Positions 1 to 9,463 are shown, counted from the stretch's first letter. The stretch: 56,909 bases of DNA from Candidatus Thorarchaeota archaeon (GCA_048884965.1 JBHLQH010000022.1:1-56909); one strand, 5' to 3'. The notes: generated from the sequence alone by a model not told the origin. Program-made: numbers and translations.

Positions 1-82
1 TCGAAATCATGATTGATTCATCGATGGCCATGTTGTGGAACGCATCTTGAGTCGTAAGATCGAGAAACCTAAGTTCGTCCAT
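1..82 (-). CDS. Lipoate-protein ligase / octanoyltransferase (LplA/LipM family), 5' end only; runs off the window
   Basis: Hand translation of the reverse strand from ATG at 82 gives MDELRFLDLTTQDAFHNMAIDESIMIS. The NMAIDE motif is typical of LplA/LipM N-termini. It starts 1 nt after the stop of the radical SAM gene. Not in the ORF track. Confidence 0.8.
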   Translation of the reverse strand, partial: MDELRFLDLTTQDAFHNMAIDESIMIS

Positions 83-83
83 T

Positions 84-1064
84 TTATTTTACCAACCCTG
101 ATTCGCTTAATGCCTGCTCACATTCTTCTTCGGATAATTGCCTAGGATAGTTATACATTGGCCCCCGAGGTCTCTCGTTATAATATGGTCGGTTACATCC
201 TGGGCATCCTGACACTTGAAACGCGACTCCGGACGAAAGCAGGGTTCTGAGTTCTTTTTCATCTTTGGCGAATGCAATCTTTCCTAACGCATCGATAAAG
301 ACCTCTTCTTTGGATACTTTGCCCCGAGTCATAAGATTCCTCAGAATTTGAACTCGTCTATACCTTCCTAGGTCTGGCTGAGGTATCTTTTCAAAATTTG
401 TACCTTCGACAGGAGTAAATGCAAATAATCCGACACGTACAGCAAGATCCTGCATATCGAAGAGGAACTTCACTATTTCATCTTCCGATTCACCCATTCC
501 TACTATCAGATGAGTCGTAACATTGTCTTTGCCGAAAATGGTTTGCGCTTCTTTGATTGCAGCGATGTGACCTTCCCACGTATACCGAGAATTTCGTTCG
601 TTACCTTTTACTTTATCAAAAAGTGATGGAGTACAGGCATCGATGGCAATTCCCATATTGTCAACTCCTGCATCCCGTAATCTTATCATATCCAGCGTGG
701 ACACAGGATGAATGCAAACAGATACTCTTGCTCCAACGGCTCTTTTTGCAGCAAGAACTAGTTGAATGACATCTTCGACGACACCCGGATAATTCAACGA
801 TTGGATACAGACACGCTTGAAATCTTTATTCTGGGCTAGTTTTTCTGCTATCTCATCTAGCTTGAATTGCGGCCATCCTATCCGTGATAGAAGTTCAGGA
901 TTAGATTCACTGCTGGATGCCTGTGGGCAGAAAGAGCAGTTTGCTGTACATCCTCCATCATGATATGTCATCAGGAATGCAGTAGTAAAATTCTCTAAGA
1001 ATGGTCCAGATTCTAATCCTAACTTCATTGCAGTGCCTAGCGAAATCCTCACATACTCAACCAA
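84..1064 (-). CDS. lipS2: Radical SAM protein, archaeal lipoyl synthase component LipS2-like (biotin synthase-like)
   Basis: CxxxCxxC motif (CTANCSFC) and C-terminal SGCPGCNRPYYNERP, matching the TxGCPxC(N/D)RP signature of LipS2. Adjacent to a lipoate ligase. The track start (1235) overlaps the opposite-strand gene, so TTG at 1064 (LVEYVRISLGTA) is preferred. Confidence 0.75.
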   Translation of the reverse strand: MVEYVRISLGTAMKLGLESGPFLENFTTAFLMTYHDGGCTANCSFCPQASSSESNPELLSRIGWPQFKLDEIAEKLAQNKDFKRVCIQSLNYPGVVEDVIQLVLAAKRAVGARVSVCIHPVSTLDMIRLRDAGVDNMGIAIDACTPSLFDKVKGNERNSRYTWEGHIAAIKEAQTIFGKDNVTTHLIVGMGESEDEIVKFLFDMQDLAVRVGLFAFTPVEGTNFEKIPQPDLGRYRRVQILRNLMTRGKVSKEEVFIDALGKIAFAKDEKELRTLLSSGVAFQVSGCPGCNRPYYNERPRGPMYNYPRQLSEEECEQALSESGLVK

Positions 1065-1169
1065 TTGAATCGATGTTTCCTTGTGATATCCTGCCTTAAT
1101 GTTGTCGTTCTGTGACAAGTCACTACAAAGAACTATTAGTAGCGTAAGGTATCGTAGTCTTGGTGTAGC

Positions 1170-1463
1170 GTGGTGAAGGCAAGTCAAAGAGTGAAGACAT
1201 TCGCGACGGAGCAAAAGATGCTCCTTTTCACACAAATTGCGATATTGATAGGGTTAGCTGTGCAGGTCGGTATCTTCTTCTCATTACTGATTTGGGGTCG
1301 TCCTCCAGCATCCGAAACAGAGCTTGTATTGCAGTTCTTTCTGACAGCGGCACTTTGGATTTTCACTATCAATTTCAGTACGATCCTGTTCTGGTGGGTT
1401 TCAAGGCTTGGTCCTTGGACTATAGCTATTGATGAACCTGAACAACCCGTGAATCCTACGTGA
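1170..1463 (+). CDS. Small hypothetical membrane protein (2 TM)
   Basis: 97-aa ORF with two long hydrophobic segments; fills the gap between two minus-strand genes. Confidence 0.6.
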   Translation: MVKASQRVKTFATEQKMLLFTQIAILIGLAVQVGIFFSLLIWGRPPASETELVLQFFLTAALWIFTINFSTILFWWVSRLGPWTIAIDEPEQPVNPT

Positions 1464-2403
1464 TTTCAACTTGAACATGATCTCCTTCAGAGAATGTCGC
1501 ATTCAGTGATGAATACTCTAAGGGAACGACTTTCAATGGTGGCTTTCTAAGCCTTGAGTTGCTTGTAGAATAGAGATAGGTTGAGAGACCTCGAACAGCT
1601 ACACTCTCAATTGAGATTGTACGCTCTCGGGGATGTTTGAAGAAAACCGTATTATCAAATGCCTGCATTCCATTTCCAATCAGTTCCGTACCAATTGATA
1701 TTTCCTGCTTGACCAGCGAGGAAATTCCATGGACGCCCCCGTGAGGATAGTGAGGAAATCCTGCATCTAGAATTCCCACGGAGATACTATCAGATGCCAA
1801 ATGCCCCATAAAACCACTCATGGATCCATATTCGGAATCCTTTGATGCTAACAGCATATAGTCTGCAGTAATCAATTGAATCTCCCATTGCGATTCGAAG
1901 ATTGAGCATCCTGGCACACGAGATAGATTTCCACTCGAGAGTAGCAGCGAGTCTGGCCTGATTGACTGTGAAGAGCGGAAGAAGTCCTTTGAACTCATTG
2001 CTTCCAAATGATAGTGAGGTCCGGTCCAGAAATTGAAGTAGCGTGATCGAATAAGAAATCCGATTTCATCTCCCACTTCAACAGCTTGCCCAATATCCAC
2101 ATTTGGCTGACAGTGGAGGATTCGAAAGATTATACCTGTTTCGTCATGAGGTATGATGCCAATCGCATAATCTGAATCCGACGTTTCGAAATCCTTCTTT
2201 CTCCCCATCTTGATTTTCTCTATTCGTGCAATGGTTCCTGACACTGGAGCATATGCGGGTCCAATCCATTCAGTGTTTGAAGGATATATATCAAGGGCTG
2301 TTTGATTCGCATGGCCTATGTAAGGACTGTTGAAAAAAGAGAGAGAGGCATCGGAAGGAATGAAATATTCGATCCCTGCGATAGTTCCGATGCGTTTCAT
2401 CAA
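1456..2403 (-). CDS. Archaeal peptidase M23/LytM-like protein
   Basis: H..(A)LDIY (GHANQTALDIYP), APVSGTI, H.QPNVDIGQAVEVGDEIG and TGPHYHLE all match the M23 duplicated-hybrid-fold pattern (HxH zinc motif). Confidence 0.6.
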   Translation of the reverse strand: MMKRIGTIAGIEYFIPSDASLSFFNSPYIGHANQTALDIYPSNTEWIGPAYAPVSGTIARIEKIKMGRKKDFETSDSDYAIGIIPHDETGIIFRILHCQPNVDIGQAVEVGDEIGFLIRSRYFNFWTGPHYHLEAMSSKDFFRSSQSIRPDSLLLSSGNLSRVPGCSIFESQWEIQLITADYMLLASKDSEYGSMSGFMGHLASDSISVGILDAGFPHYPHGGVHGISSLVKQEISIGTELIGNGMQAFDNTVFFKHPRERTISIESVAVRGLSTYLYSTSNSRLRKPPLKVVPLEYSSLNATFSEGDHVQVEIT

Positions 2404-2422
2404 TCAGATAGACCATCCACAA

Positions 2423-3793
2423 CTAGGTTTGCTTTGCTGCATCATAGATCGGCCATAATTTCTGTTGCCAAGCTGCAAGTCCATCAGGTGAGTCGGGATA
2501 TTGTGCATATAATTCTCGAATATCCTCCATCAGATGAGCGATCTTCTGAACTCGAAGTAGCAAGGGGATATTACCAAATCCTGAAACCAAGCGTCTGAAT
2601 TTATCACCCGTTCCAATCTTCATCTTTCCAGTCATGCTTGTGTCCAAAAGATCACCCGCTTTGATTATTTGCTTCTTGAATGCGAAATCGATCTCATCAT
2701 TAGTCACATTAAGTAGGAACCATCGGAATACGTCAAGGGAAGCTTGCTTTGAACCATACATCTCCATGTATCTAGGATTATAGCTCCAGAGTGCTTTGAT
2801 GGATGTGTCATTCTTCTCGAGTGCTTCAGATGCGGTCAATCCAGCAAGAGCACCGCCAAGTATTGACGAGCCAATACCACCACCATGAATTGGGTTGACC
2901 TGACATGCAGCATCCCCCACCAACATGAAGTTATCATCGACCATTGTATCGATAGGTCGTCGTATGGGTGCCACACCTCCACTGCTATCCAGTTGCACTA
3001 GTTTTGTCTTATAGAAGTCCCAATTAGGCTCTACAAACTGCTTCATGATATCTTGTGGTTTGCGATGGTCCTTTATGGTCATCACTCCAGCGCCTACATT
3101 CACACGATTCTTGCCTTGTGGAAAAATCCATGTATACCCGCCTAGAGTTTCGTCTTGATTCCAGAAGATTTCAAGGATATCAGGGGTTTCAAAATCGAAT
3201 TCAGGAGTTTCATAGATGTCCCGCCAGGCAACCATCATATCCTCCTTATTGATCACTCGCTCGATTGGACTGGTCTCTGGAAGTTGCCTACGTAGCATCC
3301 CTGTAGCCCCTGTGGCATCTACCACTATCTTTGCTGTGATATTCCTATCATTTCCATCGGGGTCCATTATCTTTAATCCCGAGACCTTACCATTATCGAA
3401 GAGAAGTGTCTTAGCCCTTGTAGAGGCCATTAATTCTACGCCTTCCTTCTCTGCTAGACCAATGAACCATTGACCCATCCTCAATCTGTTAAATGACATC
3501 CCAGTTGTAGTTGGACCTTGCATTCTCAGACGATGCTCTCTATCAGGAGCGATCAGATCTATACCATTAACTACGTATTCAACAATGTCAGACGGAATCT
3601 CAGGTAGTCCAACCAGTTCTTGTGCCTCTTTCACGTGATGACTTCCAAGTGCATCGCCACACGTCTTGTCACCAATCTTATTCTTCTCCTTCCTATCTAT
3701 CAATAATACGGAATGTCCTTTCTTTGCAAGGGTATATGCAGTAGTTGCGCCGCCAGTTCCTGCCCCTGCAATAATCACATCATAATCTGTCAT
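2423..3793 (-). CDS. Digeranylgeranylglycerophospholipid reductase / geranylgeranyl reductase family
   Basis: N-terminal GAGTGG FAD motif, KTCGDA, GGYTWIFP (YxWxFP) and VGDAACQVNPIHGGGI. Confidence 0.88.
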   Translation of the reverse strand: MTDYDVIIAGAGTGGATTAYTLAKKGHSVLLIDRKEKNKIGDKTCGDALGSHHVKEAQELVGLPEIPSDIVEYVVNGIDLIAPDREHRLRMQGPTTTGMSFNRLRMGQWFIGLAEKEGVELMASTRAKTLLFDNGKVSGLKIMDPDGNDRNITAKIVVDATGATGMLRRQLPETSPIERVINKEDMMVAWRDIYETPEFDFETPDILEIFWNQDETLGGYTWIFPQGKNRVNVGAGVMTIKDHRKPQDIMKQFVEPNWDFYKTKLVQLDSSGGVAPIRRPIDTMVDDNFMLVGDAACQVNPIHGGGIGSSILGGALAGLTASEALEKNDTSIKALWSYNPRYMEMYGSKQASLDVFRWFLLNVTNDEIDFAFKKQIIKAGDLLDTSMTGKMKIGTGDKFRRLVSGFGNIPLLLRVQKIAHLMEDIRELYAQYPDSPDGLAAWQQKLWPIYDAAKQT

Positions 3794-4528
3794 TTATCTC
3801 GTCCTCGCATTGTTCCATGTTTGCTCGAGAAAGCCTTCAAATTGGAGAGAAATGAGAGCATTGTCAGCCCAACCGCAAACGCTAAGGTCTGGTATCGCTA
3901 TCATTGCTTCTTTTCCATCTGCTACTAGATTTATGGCTAGTGTATCCTCTTTAATTCTCTGTTGGATTTTCGCCTTTGTACTCTTCATGGGTACGCCAAA
4001 GATGGCTCTGATTTTCACACCTCTTGAGATCGCATCTTCAAGAGCCAGGATCACTGCATCTCCGAATGCCTCTATACTTGGACCTACAAGTAGGATTCTC
4101 TCTTCAGCACGATTAATCATACTCAGGACCTTTGCAAGTACATCCTGATTCCCTCGAATGGTGTAAATCAATGCTGGAATGATGCCTTGGGATACGCGTT
4201 CCTCTTGTATCCTTCGTAGTCCTTCAATCAATTGGCTTACTTTGGTGGTCAGCACATCCTCTAGATGATTCAACGGTGTGAACTGATATTCCCTCGGTCG
4301 ACCCTCATTACTCACGACTAGTCCCTGTGATATCAACCCATCTAAAACAGAGTAGAGATTTGCGTGATGAATTCCAGTTGCGTTATGTAAATCCGACACA
4401 GTCGCCGATGTCAACTGATTTAGTGCTATGATAACTGAGGTTTCGTGTACGCCATATCCTAGGTCTCTCAGGACCTCGGTCACTCTAGTTTCGATAGCAC
4501 TAATGCTTGATTCATTCGCCAGGCTCAT
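3794..4528 (-). CDS. TrmB family transcriptional regulator
   Basis: N-terminal wHTH (LRDLGY..E..V..AL...TVSDLHNATGI...LYSVLDGL.SQGLV...GRPREY) plus a PLD-like effector domain (MINRAEERILL...RGVKIRAI...VADGKEAMI). Confidence 0.88.
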   Translation of the reverse strand: MSLANESSISAIETRVTEVLRDLGYGVHETSVIIALNQLTSATVSDLHNATGIHHANLYSVLDGLISQGLVVSNEGRPREYQFTPLNHLEDVLTTKVSQLIEGLRRIQEERVSQGIIPALIYTIRGNQDVLAKVLSMINRAEERILLVGPSIEAFGDAVILALEDAISRGVKIRAIFGVPMKSTKAKIQQRIKEDTLAINLVADGKEAMIAIPDLSVCGWADNALISLQFEGFLEQTWNNARTR

Positions 4529-4566
4529 CTCGTTTCTGAATAAATTATGTGTAAATACTACTTAAA

Positions 4567-5496
4567 TTACTTGTGATAGTATGCAAATCCTGTCAGGATA
4601 GCCTTCACAATATCTCTTGCAGCGATTCCAGTGATTTGAGAGGTGTCTAGCATAGGGTTGAACTCGACAATATCTACGTAGCGAACCTTCTTTGCTTGAA
4701 AGCACAGATCGAGAATCTCAACAAGCTGAGTCATTGTTAGGCCACCTGATTCAGGATGTGAAATTCCTGGGACAATATGCGGTTGAAGAACATCTAGATC
4801 AATTGAGATGTAAAGATGGTTAACTTTCTTAGATATCTTATCTATGCTCATTTGAAATTCTGAATGGGTTCCTGGACATACATTCCTTCCCAATTCTTTC
4901 CTTTGCTCCGGTGTAATGCATCTTAGATCATAACCAACAATATTCTCATGCTCGACAAGTTTCTCTTCAACGATACGTTTCATTGTGGATGCATGTGAGA
5001 GTGTCATTCCACCCATATCATCATAGTAGTCAGCATGAGCATCAAGATAGACCAGACCTATTTCCTCATTATTTCCTTTTTTTATGCCTTTGACTAGAGG
5101 ATATGTGACAAAATGGTCTCCACCTAGGAACAACAGTCGAGATTGCTCTTTGGCAAGAATTGATGCAGCCTCTGAGATGTGAATTGCTACAGACTCAGGT
5201 AGCTGGACGCCAAGTTCAAGGTCGCCCATATCTTCTATGGTCATAGCTCTTGTAAGAGGGTCCTCCAGTGTTTTATTTGATGAAGTCAGAGACAGAGGGA
5301 AACTATGAGACCGTTCACCATCCGTCGCCTTTCGAATTGCATCCGGCGCAAATCTTGCACCGGGAGTATGACTAGATGTGATATCATATGGAATACCTAG
5401 TATGCCAACATCGGGATTACCCTCAGAAGGCTCTGGTATACCAAAGAACTTTCTCGATGGTCGTAGATATCCATTCAATGAATCTCTTAATGGCAT
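4567..5496 (-). CDS. speB: Agmatinase (ureohydrolase family)
   Basis: GIPYD..S..PGARFAP, GGDHFVTYP, DAHAD, SIDLDVL.P...PG...PE.GG and DIVEFNP metal-binding motifs. Confidence 0.85.
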   Translation of the reverse strand: MPLRDSLNGYLRPSRKFFGIPEPSEGNPDVGILGIPYDITSSHTPGARFAPDAIRKATDGERSHSFPLSLTSSNKTLEDPLTRAMTIEDMGDLELGVQLPESVAIHISEAASILAKEQSRLLFLGGDHFVTYPLVKGIKKGNNEEIGLVYLDAHADYYDDMGGMTLSHASTMKRIVEEKLVEHENIVGYDLRCITPEQRKELGRNVCPGTHSEFQMSIDKISKKVNHLYISIDLDVLQPHIVPGISHPESGGLTMTQLVEILDLCFQAKKVRYVDIVEFNPMLDTSQITGIAARDIVKAILTGFAYYHK

Positions 5497-5549
5497 TCTT
5501 ATCTAGCAACAAGCAGACAAGCGTAAAGATAAACTAGGCGATAATCGAA

Positions 5550-5585
5550 AAAGAAGAGAAGATCTCTGACGTCGTGTCAGAGATC
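5550..5585 (-). terminator. Hairpin plus U-rich tract after the 547-aa gene
   Basis: Perfect 10-bp inverted repeat gatctctgac (5561-5570) / gtcagagatc (5576-5585), followed on the minus strand by TTCTCTTCTTTTT; 9 nt downstream of the stop codon. Confidence 0.7.
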
Positions 5586-5594
5586 AAAGTTCTA

Positions 5595-7238
5595 TTATAC
5601 TTGGAAGGTGTCGCCGCCACCGCGACCTCTTACCAGACCCATTATGGAGTAGAGACCTACTAGTGCCACAACACCAAGAGCGGCACCTGTGTAAGGCATA
5701 CCGCTCATGAGACCTTCAACAAAGAGTCCAGCGACATCGGGAGTAACAGTAAATCCCTGTCGTGGTGAGTCCTTATAGTATGTGTTGCTATCGTACTCGT
5801 AGGAAATCTCTACTGGAGCAAAGCTGTAGCCGCCCTCGTTGGTGAATGTCACCTCGTATGTAATGGTGGCACTTGCTCCTCCAGCCAATGACACAACTGT
5901 ATCAGATGTATCTCCAGTGACAGTTATAGTAGTATACGTGGTGGCTAGATCGTCATCAGTTATGATAAGATTGCTGATGGGATCATCACCTTCATTCGTC
6001 ACTGTAACTGTGACTGTCGTTGAACCTCCTGGTGTGGTGGTTTCCGGTGAGAATGTTCTCTCGATAGTAATGAGAGGTGGAAAGTCCGCCACAAAGTTGA
6101 TGATGTAATCAGCCTGAGTTCCCAATGCAGTGGCATTCCAGAAGACCATATTTCCATCAGGATCATAGAAGCTCTGGTTAGCAACATTTGGAACAATCGA
6201 AGTTACATTCAGATGGTCAGGAAGTATTGTCACTATCAACGAGTTGGCACTTGAAAATGGTTCGACATTTCCGGTAATTCCAAAGAGTTCCTCTACATTC
6301 AGACTAGTTGAATCTGTAGAGAATTCCTGTTCACCGAGATATCCAGCAGCAGCAATGGCAATAGGTCCAGTTAGGTTCGTCAAGAAACTTGGAGCACCGT
6401 CTTGGGCTAAGGTCGTCCATAGGGCTCCTGCTCCTCCATCTCCTCCTGCGAAGGAATTGATGAGCTCTACCAGCTCACCCATATCAGGAACTGCAATGAA
6501 TCCTGCAGCTGCTGCATTGGCATCAGTGAATACTGTGGTATCTATCGAACTTAGAAAACCATCTTCATTCATAACACCAAAGATTGTATCAACTGCTAAG
6601 CCAAACTCATGGGTTTCTTGATATATGTAGAGATCAATTGAATCAAAGGGCAGAGTAATCTCAGCTTCAGGTGGGAACAGACTCTCGTCTATTCTTAGCG
6701 TGATTAGCTCAGTGAACCCAAAACCAAACTGTGTTTGCAAGTTGCTTAGGATGCTGCCCATTCGGGATTGTGAAGTGGCTGCATCAACGTTGACAAAGAC
6801 ATTCACGAGCAAGTTGAACTCTGTTCCAATCATGTCAAGAATCGAATTGAAGTCAAAGCCTCCATCTTGGGCGAGTGCGAATCCGCCACCACCCCCATCG
6901 CCTCCGAACATATCAGCTCCGACAAGCTCAAGGACGATGTCAAGAAACTCTCCATGTGTTGAAACAAGTGCCATCGCAATACAGCCTTCGTACATCGCTG
7001 AATCAAGCATCAGGTCGGCGGATGGAATACCCAACTGACCATAGATTGCTGATGGTACACCCATTTCATCAATCATTGAGAGCATTATTTCTGCTCCATT
7101 TGTGAAAAGGTCTTCAATGAATTCCTCGCCACCGAATTCGTCTTGTGCTAGGGTGCTACCTGCTGCAGCAGCCATTGGAGCTGCTACTAAGAATCCGATG
7201 AGGAAAATTGCAAATGCGTGCTCTAATCTAATTTTCAT
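5595..7238 (-). CDS. Acidic secreted, C-terminally membrane-anchored surface protein with a DUF11/CARDB-like Ig domain
   Basis: Signal peptide MKIRLEHAFAIFLIGFLVAAPMAAA. Ig-like segment LITIERTFSPETTTPGGSTTVTVTVTNEG...LAGGASATITYEVT...GGYSFAPVEISY. C-terminal TM. Confidence 0.75.
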   Translation of the reverse strand: MKIRLEHAFAIFLIGFLVAAPMAAAAGSTLAQDEFGGEEFIEDLFTNGAEIMLSMIDEMGVPSAIYGQLGIPSADLMLDSAMYEGCIAMALVSTHGEFLDIVLELVGADMFGGDGGGGGFALAQDGGFDFNSILDMIGTEFNLLVNVFVNVDAATSQSRMGSILSNLQTQFGFGFTELITLRIDESLFPPEAEITLPFDSIDLYIYQETHEFGLAVDTIFGVMNEDGFLSSIDTTVFTDANAAAAGFIAVPDMGELVELINSFAGGDGGAGALWTTLAQDGAPSFLTNLTGPIAIAAAGYLGEQEFSTDSTSLNVEELFGITGNVEPFSSANSLIVTILPDHLNVTSIVPNVANQSFYDPDGNMVFWNATALGTQADYIINFVADFPPLITIERTFSPETTTPGGSTTVTVTVTNEGDDPISNLIITDDDLATTYTTITVTGDTSDTVVSLAGGASATITYEVTFTNEGGYSFAPVEISYEYDSNTYYKDSPRQGFTVTPDVAGLFVEGLMSGMPYTGAALGVVALVGLYSIMGLVRGRGGGDTFQV

Positions 7239-7247
7239 TATTTATCA

Positions 7248-7823
7248 TCACTCCTTTGGTCTAACAGTTGCTCCAATCATTCCTGCTACAATGATCACAA
7301 TCACGGGAGTGAACACCCAGATTAAAAGAGGTGTCAGTAGCGCCATGAGATCCATACCACCTCCAGAGAACCCACCAATCAAACCAAGCAATTCAGTGAA
7401 AATTGATTGGATGAGAGGTATACCAAGTAGATCAGTTAATGATGTACCTGGAGGCATCGGTGGCAGTGAGCCTAGATCTAGTCCTGACATAAATAGTTGA
7501 TATACGCAGAAGACTAGAATAAGAAGCACTGAAATCCAAGTGAATAGTCCTACAACAAATGCACCTTTCTTTGTTCCAGCTATCATTCCTCCAACAAAAC
7601 CAGCACCAGCCCAGATAGCAACCATGATCCAGTTGTTCAGAGGATTAACTAGAACTGCATTAACCAGCACCATGGTGGGGCGTACATAGTTACCAAGTTG
7701 AGGAGATAGCCAGAGAATTAGTGTGTTATACCCGTCTGGAAGTAGAAACCATCCTGCACCTAACACGATGAGGAGGGCTACCAGCCATCCGAAGTATTTT
7801 GAACCGAGAGCCATAATTCTCAC
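7248..7823 (-). CDS. Hypothetical integral membrane protein (about 4 TM), co-oriented with the surface protein
   Basis: Multiple hydrophobic helices; 9 nt from the downstream gene. Confidence 0.75.
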   Translation of the reverse strand: MRIMALGSKYFGWLVALLIVLGAGWFLLPDGYNTLILWLSPQLGNYVRPTMVLVNAVLVNPLNNWIMVAIWAGAGFVGGMIAGTKKGAFVVGLFTWISVLLILVFCVYQLFMSGLDLGSLPPMPPGTSLTDLLGIPLIQSIFTELLGLIGGFSGGGMDLMALLTPLLIWVFTPVIVIIVAGMIGATVRPKE

Positions 7824-8039
7824 TTTCTCCTTAGAATAGGAAATCTATCAATATTCACTAGCAGAGTGTTATTAACCTATGCAGGATTTACGCCTTCGAA
7901 AAATGAAATGTGTTCGGAACACAGAAATATACCTTTACGAATTGAAGTAAATGCGCATAATGCACTCATAATCTTCGAAATTCGCTGGAAGGGGTTGTGT
8001 ATTTAAACGCACATAAACGTTGATAGACGGTTGAGAGGT

Positions 8040-8393
8040 ATGAACAACGACGACACGCTTCAAACGGTATACGAACTAGTGCAATTGATGTCAGCCCTGA
8101 ATGACACTAGACGGTCCATTCTTGTTGCACTGGCGCACATATACCCGAGAAGTGTGTCAGGGGTTCAGCTAAGCCGCCTTATTGGCTACAGCGGGAAATC
8201 GCGAAGTCTCTATAGGGGTGTGCTATCCCATCTGCAAGAGAACGAAATGATATTGATAGATCAACTGACGCCCAAGCTTTACGCAATCCGAATCAATAAT
8301 GAGCATCCGTTGCTATCATTGTTGGTAGATATGTGTAGAAAGTTTGGAGCTGATTATAGAAAGATCTATGAGAAGTCATTGGAGGAAGAGTGA
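8040..8393 (+). CDS. Winged-helix (ArsR-like) DNA-binding protein
   Basis: LMSALNDTRRSILVALA...SGVQLSRLIG...YRGVLSHLQENEMI pattern. ATG at 8040 follows GAGGT. TATA-like tatttaaa near 8000. Confidence 0.65.
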   Translation: MNNDDTLQTVYELVQLMSALNDTRRSILVALAHIYPRSVSGVQLSRLIGYSGKSRSLYRGVLSHLQENEMILIDQLTPKLYAIRINNEHPLLSLLVDMCRKFGADYRKIYEKSLEEE

Positions 8394-8992
8394 GCTTGGA
8401 TACGTTGCTTCTCCGCGCAAAGGGTCTGTACAGAGACAGGCAAAGGATAGCACTAGCTACGCTCATGATCGTCTTCACTATCACGTTCTATGCGTTTTAC
8501 GTCCCTGGCATCTATAGTCTTACTGATGAAATCCCGTCATGGATCTCAGGGGGTTGGGCAGAGGGATTCGAACTAGTCTACTCATTCAATACAGTAGGTT
8601 TCTTCTTAGCATTTGCACTGATGGTCTTTGCCTATGGATTCTGGTCATGGGCTTTCCTTCCATCTCCAGCTTCAGTCTTTACCCTTGGTGTCATCAAGGG
8701 AGTCTTTGGTCCTGATGTACGCATCAAGCAATCTATTGGCAAGAGATTCCATTTGACCACCAGTGAAGGAGTAGAGATTGATCTGAAATGCAGAATCCGA
8801 CAACATGGCACAGACGATTGGTTCGTATATAGGATTCAATCAATGCCACTGGAATCACCTCACCTCAGCTCAATAGCATTGCGGCACGGGTTCTCTGTAA
8901 AGGAAGGCAAAATTGCTTCTTGGGTTAGCCATGATGAGCTGCATAGTAGATCCCTTCTTCTTCTGAAAGCCATTCATCTAGCGAGTTCGTAA
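8390..8992 (+). CDS. Hypothetical membrane protein (2 TM plus C-terminal soluble domain)
   Basis: GTGA start/stop overlap with the upstream gene; two hydrophobic helices. Confidence 0.7.
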   Translation: MSLDTLLLRAKGLYRDRQRIALATLMIVFTITFYAFYVPGIYSLTDEIPSWISGGWAEGFELVYSFNTVGFFLAFALMVFAYGFWSWAFLPSPASVFTLGVIKGVFGPDVRIKQSIGKRFHLTTSEGVEIDLKCRIRQHGTDDWFVYRIQSMPLESPHLSSIALRHGFSVKEGKIASWVSHDELHSRSLLLLKAIHLASS

Positions 8993-9061
8993 ATTATTGC
9001 AACTTCAATAATACAAAGAACGTATTTCAATGAAAGAGTAGCAAATAGTGTCGATTCCAAG

Positions 9062-9457
9062 ATGACGATGAGAGTCAAAAGAACTGTAGAAATCGCGATG
9101 GCTAACTATGATTGTATTTCAGGAGCATGCGCGATAACGTATGAAAGAACAATAGGATATGCCACTGAGAATATGCAATTAACCTCTGAGGAGATTGACC
9201 AAATCGTCAGGGCGTGGGATGGTCAGATTAGCAATTTGATGATCAAACATATCCCCTTTATTGTCGCATTGCATGATAAGAATGGAGTTGTTGCGATAAA
9301 TCCTGATGGTGCTACAAGTCTTATTGCAGGTACTGGGAAAGGTGTTTGGTTTGTATGCGCCTTCGCTCCTATGGATCAAGATAAGTTTGGTATAATGAAT
9401 GAATGTGTTCAAGCGGCGAAGAATCTTGAAACCTCAGTATCTGTCTTTGACATTTAG
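9062..9457 (+). CDS. Profilin-like protein (Asgard eukaryotic signature protein), divergent
   Basis: 131 aa. GACAITYERTIGYATENMQLTSEEIDQIVRAW..ISNLMIKHIPFIV....NGVVAINPDG...LIAG....WFVCAFAP......IMNECVQAAKNL follows the profilin topology and the (Q/A)TENW-type motif of Asgard profilins. Confidence 0.65.
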   Translation: MTMRVKRTVEIAMANYDCISGACAITYERTIGYATENMQLTSEEIDQIVRAWDGQISNLMIKHIPFIVALHDKNGVVAINPDGATSLIAGTGKGVWFVCAFAPMDQDKFGIMNECVQAAKNLETSVSVFDI

Positions 9458-9463
9458 GTAGAG

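Noticed and set aside
1065-1235. N-terminal extension of the radical SAM ORF in the track
   Set aside because: It overlaps the divergent membrane-protein gene and its promoter region, and family similarity starts at VEYVRISLGT.
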